Assembly (NCBI GenBank): GCA_017442085.1
Contig: JAFSAW010000074.1
Span: 1 to 63,524 of the forward strand
Source of the DNA: Oscillospiraceae bacterium
Lineage (GTDB): Bacteria; Bacillota; Clostridia; Oscillospirales; Ruminococcaceae
Direction of reading: 5' to 3'
DNA length: 63,524 bases
Shown here: piece after piece, positions 57,787 through 63,524 of the stretch
Numbering within the stretch: the first letter of the stretch is position 1
Layout of the letters: each line of letters opens with the position of its first letter
Position numbers and translations under genes: made by a program
The notes under the pieces: model-generated
What the model saw: the letters and a program-made list of their open reading frames with translations, nothing else
Told to the model about the DNA's origin: nothing
The model's database searches: none

Positions 57787-59772
57787 TTATGATAAATCCA
57801 GCTGGTCCAGATAATCTGCACCGAAATCCTGAATGTACTGTTTTCTGCCTGCAAGGTTGTCCCCCAGCAAAAGCTCAAACATTTCCTGTGTGCGTGCCGC
57901 ATCCTCCCTGCACACCTTGATAAGACGGCGTGTTTCGGGGTTCATTGTGGTTATCCACATCATTTCAGGTTCGTTTTCACCAAGACCTTTGGAACGCTGT
58001 ATTGTAAACTTCTGTTTTTCAATACGAGCCATAATGTTTTTCTTTTCTTCTTCTGTATAGGCAAAATATGTTTTGTCCTTTGTGTTGATTTCGTACAAAG
58101 GGCTTTCTGCGATATACACATAGCCGTCGTCAATAAGCTGCGGGCAAAGACGGTAAAGCATTGTAAGGATAAGTGTTCTTATCTGAAAGCCGTCAACGTC
58201 GGCATCGGTACATATAACAACCTTATTCCAGCGCAGATTTTCTATATTGAAGGTGGCGATACCTGCTTTCTGATACTTTGCAGGGCTTTCAACACCACAG
58301 CCAAGCACTTTGATAAGGTCTGTGATGATATCGCTTTTGAATATTCTGTCGTAGTCACATTTAAGGCAGTTGAGAATTTTGCCTCTTACAGGCATAAGTG
58401 CCTGAAATTCTGCATCACGGCTGGTTTTACAAGCGCCGAGAGCAGAGTCGCCTTCCACGATGTAAACTTCGCGTTTGGAAACATCCTTGCTGCGGCAGTC
58501 AACAAATTTCTGCACACGGTTTGCAAGGTCAATTTTTTCGCTGATTGTCTTTTTAAGGCTTATACGGGTTTTCTCGGCCTGTTCACGGGACTGTTTGTTT
58601 ACGATAACCTGCTGCACAACCTTTGTTGCTTCGTCAGGATTTTCGATAAAATAAACCTCCAGTGTGCGCTTTAAAAACTCGGTCATTGCCTGGGCAATAA
58701 ATTTGTTTGTGATAGCTTTTTTAGTCTGGTTTTCATAGCTTGTCATTGTGGAGAAGCCGCTGGAAACAAACACAAGGCAGTCTTCGATGTCCTGGAATGT
58801 AATTTTGCTTTCGTTCTTTTTGTAAAGGTTTTTCTGCTTTGCATAGGCATCAAACTGGCTTACAAATGCGGATTTGAGCGCTTTTTCAGGGCTGCCGCCG
58901 TATTCCAGAAAGCTGGAGTTGTGGTAATATTCAATTTTCTGTACCTTGTTGGAAAAAGAAAATGCAACATTCATCTTCACCTTGTATTCGGGCATATCGT
59001 CACGGTCTTTACCGCTTGCTTCTTCGCCCGCTGATACAACCTGTGTGAGATTGTCTCCGTTGCAGATTTCTTCCACATAGTCAACAATGCCTTTTTCGTA
59101 GTAGTATTCCTTTGTTTCGAAACCTTTATCCTTCTGATTTTTAAAGATAAAGAGAACATTAGGGTTTACAACCGCCTGACGTTTGAGCACTTCTTCAAAA
59201 TATTCCACAGGAATATTAATATCGCTGAAAACTGTATTGTCAGGTTTCCATCTGATTTTGGAGCCTGTCTGTTTTTTTGCTGTAGGTTCTTTTTGGAGAC
59301 CACCTACATTTTCGCCTTTTTCGAAATCAAGGTGGTAGGCAAAGCCATCGCGGACAATATCAACAGTCATATATTCGGATGCATACTGTGTTGCACACAG
59401 ACCCAAGCCGTTTAAACCCAGAGAAAATTCGTAGTTATCCCCTGAGTTGTTGTTGTATTTGCCGCCTGCATACATTTCGCAGAACAAAAGTTCCCAGTTG
59501 TAGCGGTCTTCGTTTTTGTTGTAGTCCACAGGGATACCGCGGGCAAAGTCTTCCACTTCGATGGAACCGTCGGAATATTTTGTCATAATGATTTTATTGC
59601 CGTGGCCTTCGCGGGCTTCGTCGATACTGTTGGACAGAATTTCAAAAACCGAATGCTGACAGCCTTCGATACCATCGGAGCCAAAGATAACTGCAGGGCG
59701 TTTGCGAACCCTGTCAGCCCCTTTAAGACTGCTGATGCTTTCGTTGCCGTAAACTGCTGACTTTCTTGCCAT
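57787..59772 (-). CDS. parE: Type IIA topoisomerase subunit B (ParE-like)
   Basis: GHKL ATPase N-terminus, TOPRIM EGDSALG, PVRGKILN motif, 661 aa. Confidence 0.75.
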   Translation of the reverse strand: MARKSAVYGNESISSLKGADRVRKRPAVIFGSDGIEGCQHSVFEILSNSIDEAREGHGNKIIMTKYSDGSIEVEDFARGIPVDYNKNEDRYNWELLFCEMYAGGKYNNNSGDNYEFSLGLNGLGLCATQYASEYMTVDIVRDGFAYHLDFEKGENVGGLQKEPTAKKQTGSKIRWKPDNTVFSDINIPVEYFEEVLKRQAVVNPNVLFIFKNQKDKGFETKEYYYEKGIVDYVEEICNGDNLTQVVSAGEEASGKDRDDMPEYKVKMNVAFSFSNKVQKIEYYHNSSFLEYGGSPEKALKSAFVSQFDAYAKQKNLYKKNESKITFQDIEDCLVFVSSGFSTMTSYENQTKKAITNKFIAQAMTEFLKRTLEVYFIENPDEATKVVQQVIVNKQSREQAEKTRISLKKTISEKIDLANRVQKFVDCRSKDVSKREVYIVEGDSALGACKTSRDAEFQALMPVRGKILNCLKCDYDRIFKSDIITDLIKVLGCGVESPAKYQKAGIATFNIENLRWNKVVICTDADVDGFQIRTLILTMLYRLCPQLIDDGYVYIAESPLYEINTKDKTYFAYTEEEKKNIMARIEKQKFTIQRSKGLGENEPEMMWITTMNPETRRLIKVCREDAARTQEMFELLLGDNLAGRKQYIQDFGADYLDQLDLS

Positions 59773-60000
59773 TATAATCTCCTAAAAAATTTAATCTATA
59801 TAAGTTTTATATTATTACCATAATTTAGTCATTAACCATTTAATTTTATCTTTTATAAAAAACTTTGTCAAGGCTGACAGATACACAGCATAAGCCTCGC
59901 TGTGTATTGCAATAACGATAATATATACCGATAACATTGATATATAACAACAATTATGATATATTTATCAGATAACCACAGAAAACGAGGTGAACAAACA

Positions 60001-60624
60001 ATGGCAATAGAAATAAATCCCAAAGATACTGCAAGGGCTTATGCTTTTGATATGTGGATGAAAGCGCCAAATCCTATGGTGACTTTTTTCAAAACTCTTG
60101 ATGTTACAAATCTTGTAAAAGTTTCAAAAAGAAAAAATCTTAAATTTAATATGCTGATTGACTACTGCATTGGCAAAGCTGCTGCCAGCATAAAAGAATT
60201 TTATATTCTTCCTGTTGATAACAAACTTATGCAGTATGACAATATTGCCGTTAATACCATCGTGAAAAACAAAAACAAGGAAGTAAGTTCCTGCGATATT
60301 AAGTATACAGATGATTTAAACGCATTTAACCTTGAATATCTTGAATATACTGCACAGGTTGCGGACAGCTGTGCAGACAGAGACCTTTCCGACAACTGCA
60401 TGGTGATTGGCACCTCTGCCATTGCTGATACCGAACTTGACGGCGTTGTGGGAATGTACAGCGGAATTTTCAACAATCCATTTATTTTCTGGGGTAAATA
60501 CCGCAAAAAGATGTTCAGATACTATCTGCCAATATCCTTTCAGTTTCACCATACCCAGATGGACGGTGCACACGCAGGCAGATTTTTAGAAAACCTGCAG
60601 AATGAAATAAACAAAATCAAATAG
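60001..60624 (+). CDS. Type A chloramphenicol O-acetyltransferase-like (CatA-like) acetyltransferase
   Basis: 207 aa, C-terminal FQFHHTQMDGAHAGRF (CAT catalytic HHxxxDG). GAGGTG RBS before ATG 60001. Confidence 0.8.
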   Translation: MAIEINPKDTARAYAFDMWMKAPNPMVTFFKTLDVTNLVKVSKRKNLKFNMLIDYCIGKAAASIKEFYILPVDNKLMQYDNIAVNTIVKNKNKEVSSCDIKYTDDLNAFNLEYLEYTAQVADSCADRDLSDNCMVIGTSAIADTELDGVVGMYSGIFNNPFIFWGKYRKKMFRYYLPISFQFHHTQMDGAHAGRFLENLQNEINKIK

Positions 60625-60657
60625 TTATTGCTAAACAAAATAGTATATAAAATAAAA

Positions 60658-60686
60658 AGGCGGTCATCTGACCGCCTTAATTTTTT
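60658..60686. terminator. Bidirectional terminator between the cat-like gene and ftsH
   Basis: aaggcggtca-tc-tgaccgcctt followed by aatttttt. Confidence 0.85.
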
Positions 60687-60687
60687 G

Positions 60688-62688
60688 TTATTCGTTTTCT
60701 TTTGGTTCTTCTGTTGTTTCTTCAACTATTGGTTCAACCACAGTTTCAACTGTTTCTGCAATTTCTTCGTTAGCTGTTTCCACAATTTCTGCAACTGCTT
60801 CTGCATTTTCAACAACCGGTGTTTCTTCTGTTGTTTCTTCAACTATTGGTTCAACTGCAGGTTCTTCGGTTTCTTCTACATAAACGTAGTCATCTGCCAT
60901 AATTTTTGCAAATTCATCACCGTCAATTTTTTCCTTTTTCATAAGGATTTTTGCAACGATGTGAAGTTTTTCGATATTGTCCTGCAAAATCTGCATACAG
61001 CGGTTGTAGCCTTCGTCTACAAGACGGCGGATTTCGCTGTCGATTTCGTTTGCAACAGCATCAGAATAACCCTGACCCTGACCGTAGTCTCGGCCGAGGA
61101 AGGTCTGCTGTGGGTCGTGGCCGTAAACCACGTTGCCAAGTCTGTCAGAGAAGCCGTAGCGCATAACCATTGATTTTGCAATAGCTGTTGTGCGTTCAAG
61201 GTCGTTGGAAGCACCTGTGGAGATAACTTCAAGAATAAGTTTTTCTGCACAGCGACCACCGAGGAGTGTAACAATTTCATCCAGCATCTCTTTCTTTGTG
61301 CGGTAGTTTGTATCTTCTTCAGGGATTGACAGTGTGTAACCGCCAGCCATACCGCGTGGAACAATGGAGATTTCTTTTACAGGGCTGGAAGTTTCGCATA
61401 CATATGTTGCAACTGCATGACCTGCTTCGTGATAGGAAACAAGTTTCTTTTCTTTTTCGGTAACAACCTTGGATTTCTTTTCAGGGCCTGCAATAACCTT
61501 GATAACTGCAGCATCCATATCTGCTTTTGTAATTGCTTTCTTGCCCTTTTTGGCTGCCATAAGTGCTGCTTCGTTGCAAAGGTTTTCAAGGTCTGCACCT
61601 GTAAAACCTGCTGTTGCCTGTGCAATAGCTTTTGTGTCAACATCAGGTGCAACAGGCTTGTTGCGCAGATGAACTGCAAGAATTTCCTGACGGCCTTTGA
61701 TATCAGGATGACCAACGTATACCTGACGGTCAAAACGGCCCGGACGGAGAAGTGCACGGTCAAGAATGTCTGCACGGTTTGTTGCTGCCATAACGATAAC
61801 GCCTGTGTTTGCACCAAAACCGTCCATTTCTACAAGCATCTGGTTAAGTGTCTGTTCTCTTTCGTCGTGACCGCCGCCAAGACCTGCACCACGCTGACGG
61901 CCAACTGCGTCGATTTCGTCTATAAAGATAATGGAAGGAGCTGCTTTTTTAGCCTTGTCAAAAAGGTCACGTACACGGGAAGCACCCACACCAACATACA
62001 TTTCAACAAAGTCGGAACCTGAAATTGAGAAGAACGGTACGCCTGCTTCGCCTGCAGTTGCCTTTGCAAGCAGAGTTTTACCTGTACCCGGAGGGCCCAC
62101 AAGCAGAACGCCTTTTGGAATTTTTGCACCCAGCGCATTGAATTTGCCCGGGTCCTTAAGAAATTCCACAATTTCCACAAGTTCTTCTTTTTCTTCATCT
62201 GCACCTGCAACATCTTTAAAATATTTGCGTTCAGACAAATCGCCTGCATCCTTTGTGCGCGCCTTTGCAAAAGCCATACCCTTGCCGCCGCCGTTTGCCT
62301 GGCTCATATTAAACAGCATAAAGCCTAAGAAACCAAGCAGGATAACATATGGAATTACCTGCAGCCATGCCGGAAAGGTTGTTGCAGGGATAAAGTCGTG
62401 AGGAACATTGTTCTGCTCAACATAAGGGTCGATTTTTTCTACAAAGTAGTTGATGCTTGGCACACGGTATACTGTGTTTTCTTCAACGCCTTTAAGGTCA
62501 ATTTCCAGATTGCCGTTGCCAAGATTGAGTTCGTAATATTCCACCTTGTTTTCTTTAAACAGGTCGATGGCTTCGCTCATCTTCATCTTGCTTACTTCGT
62601 TAGGCTGATTGAGCATAACAGCAATAAACACCAGTGAGATAAGCATAGCTATCAGCGGGAATACATTGTTGTTGTTCTTTTTAACCAA
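60688..62688 (-). CDS. ftsH: ATP-dependent zinc metalloprotease FtsH with acidic repeat tail
   Basis: Walker [12 protein letters not shown] region, HEAGH zinc motif. TTG start with AAGGAG RBS. Roughly 65-aa Glu/Val/Thr-rich C-terminal extension. Confidence 0.95.
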   Translation of the reverse strand: MVKKNNNNVFPLIAMLISLVFIAVMLNQPNEVSKMKMSEAIDLFKENKVEYYELNLGNGNLEIDLKGVEENTVYRVPSINYFVEKIDPYVEQNNVPHDFIPATTFPAWLQVIPYVILLGFLGFMLFNMSQANGGGKGMAFAKARTKDAGDLSERKYFKDVAGADEEKEELVEIVEFLKDPGKFNALGAKIPKGVLLVGPPGTGKTLLAKATAGEAGVPFFSISGSDFVEMYVGVGASRVRDLFDKAKKAAPSIIFIDEIDAVGRQRGAGLGGGHDEREQTLNQMLVEMDGFGANTGVIVMAATNRADILDRALLRPGRFDRQVYVGHPDIKGRQEILAVHLRNKPVAPDVDTKAIAQATAGFTGADLENLCNEAALMAAKKGKKAITKADMDAAVIKVIAGPEKKSKVVTEKEKKLVSYHEAGHAVATYVCETSSPVKEISIVPRGMAGGYTLSIPEEDTNYRTKKEMLDEIVTLLGGRCAEKLILEVISTGASNDLERTTAIAKSMVMRYGFSDRLGNVVYGHDPQQTFLGRDYGQGQGYSDAVANEIDSEIRRLVDEGYNRCMQILQDNIEKLHIVAKILMKKEKIDGDEFAKIMADDYVYVEETEEPAVEPIVEETTEETPVVENAEAVAEIVETANEEIAETVETVVEPIVEETTEEPKENE
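60706..60855 (-). repeat. 33-nt perfect in-frame direct repeat in the ftsH 3' end
   Basis: ttcttctgttgtttcttcaactattggttcaac occurs at 60706-60738 and 60823-60855 (117 nt apart), encoding [11 protein letters not shown] twice. Confidence 0.9.
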
Positions 62689-62710
62689 GGGATTGTATCT
62701 CCTTTAAAAA

Positions 62711-63250
62711 TTATTTTTCGTATACTTCAGGTTTGAGAATACCTACAAACGGAAGATTTCTGTACTTTTCGTCAAAGTCAAGACCGTAACCCACAACAAA
62801 AGCATCAGGCACCCGCAGACCTATGTATTTTGCATACACATGTGCTGCACGGCGTTCCGGCTTGTCAAGAAGTGTACATACTTCAATGCTGTTTGGTCTT
62901 CTTTCTTCCAGCATTCTGATAAGGTTGGAAAGTGTGACACCGCTGTCGAGGATATCTTCTACGATAAGCACGTCTCTGCCTTCGATAGGCACATCAAGGT
63001 CTTTGATGATTTTAACATTGCCTGAAGTTTTTGTGCCTTTGCCGTAAGAGGAAACAACCATAAAGTCAATTTCACATTTCAGGTCAAGTGCACGCATAAA
63101 GTCTGCCATAAACACAACTGCACCTTTGAGCACAGAAACCAGCAGCACATTTTTGCCTGCATAGTCGCGGTTTACCTGTTCTGCAAGTTTTTTTACAGTT
63201 TCTTTAAGCTGTTCTTCGCTGATCAATACTTCTTTGATATCATTTAACAT
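62711..63250 (-). CDS. hpt: Hypoxanthine phosphoribosyltransferase
   Basis: PRPP motif VLIVEDILDSGVTL, 179 aa. tilS-hpt-ftsH synteny. Confidence 0.9.
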   Translation of the reverse strand: MLNDIKEVLISEEQLKETVKKLAEQVNRDYAGKNVLLVSVLKGAVVFMADFMRALDLKCEIDFMVVSSYGKGTKTSGNVKIIKDLDVPIEGRDVLIVEDILDSGVTLSNLIRMLEERRPNSIEVCTLLDKPERRAAHVYAKYIGLRVPDAFVVGYGLDFDEKYRNLPFVGILKPEVYEK

Positions 63251-63268
63251 AGTGTAAATTCCTTCCGT

Positions 63269-63523
63269 TTACTTGTTCTCCAAAACTAATACTCTTTTTG
63301 TATCTGCATTTACCCGCCAGGCTTTGTTTGTGCCGTAATTTTCCAGCCAGATTACGTTTTCACCGTCAGTAAGCACCGCCAGGCTGTCGCGGAGTTTAAG
63401 CGGAATTTTATCCTCTGTAAACAGCTTTTTAAGCGTCTTTGTCACCTTGCGGTCTGAAAATGTAAAACTGTCACCTGTCCTGCGGGTTCTTAAAAACAGT
63501 TTACAGTTTATTGTATCACAATC
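63269..63523 (-). CDS. tilS: tRNA(Ile)-lysidine synthetase TilS, C-terminal fragment (5' part outside the window)
   Basis: Not in the ORF track. My hand translation of the minus strand gives ...RTRRTGDSFTFSDRKVTKTLKKLFTEDKIPLKLRDSLAVLTDGENVIWLE...ENK*, typical of the TilS C-terminal domain. Stop at 63269-63271. Confidence 0.75.
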   Translation of the reverse strand, partial: DCDTINCKLFLRTRRTGDSFTFSDRKVTKTLKKLFTEDKIPLKLRDSLAVLTDGENVIWLENYGTNKAWRVNADTKRVLVLENK

Positions 63524-63524
63524 A

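Noticed and set aside
59956-60000. An in-frame upstream ATG (MIYLSDNHRKRGEQT) as a leader peptide or translation-attenuation control of the cat-like gene.
   Set aside because: It is in frame with no stop before the main ATG, has no RBS of its own, and no hairpin sequesters the real RBS. It is just an ORF-caller extension.

Overview
63.5-kb chromosomal segment from a low-to-mid GC, strictly anaerobic, spore-forming Firmicute. Class Clostridia is inferred from bofA, yaaL, spoIID, class III RNR, NfnAB and a glutamate-mutase operon; no finer taxon can be verified here. I support about 70 protein genes, one tRNA-Gln(CUG), and many Rho-independent terminators and sigma-A-type promoters. I saw no rRNA, CRISPR array, transposase or integrase.

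Core content:
- trkAH and nfnAB.
- gap, and 22 kb away pgk-tpiA-gpmI.
- A complete glutamate-to-citramalate branch of the methylaspartate pathway: mesaconase alpha/beta, glmS, glmL, glmE, mal.
- nrdD and nrdG-dut, split by a marR plus two-ABC-exporter cassette.
- rnr-secG, parE-parC, and tilS-hpt-ftsH.

Most interesting observations:
1. A compact histidine-kinase-like protein with an intact ATP-binding domain but Tyr at the phospho-acceptor position and no histidine anywhere. It is preceded by a tandem TGTCGAA (Spo0A-box-like) repeat.
2. A padR promoter with a duplicated 19-bp operator-like repeat, heading a string of uncharacterised envelope proteins.
3. A duplicated 3' fragment of tRNA-Gln flanking a 175-bp structured insert (att-like scar).
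4. Compositional outliers: a high-GC orphan endolysin-like gene, a very AT-rich MBOAT/SGNH pair, and an AT-rich GNAT.
5. A B12-radical SAM (DUF4080-type) gene coupled to an unknown 159-aa protein.

All functional calls come from motif and family recognition by eye. No searches were run.
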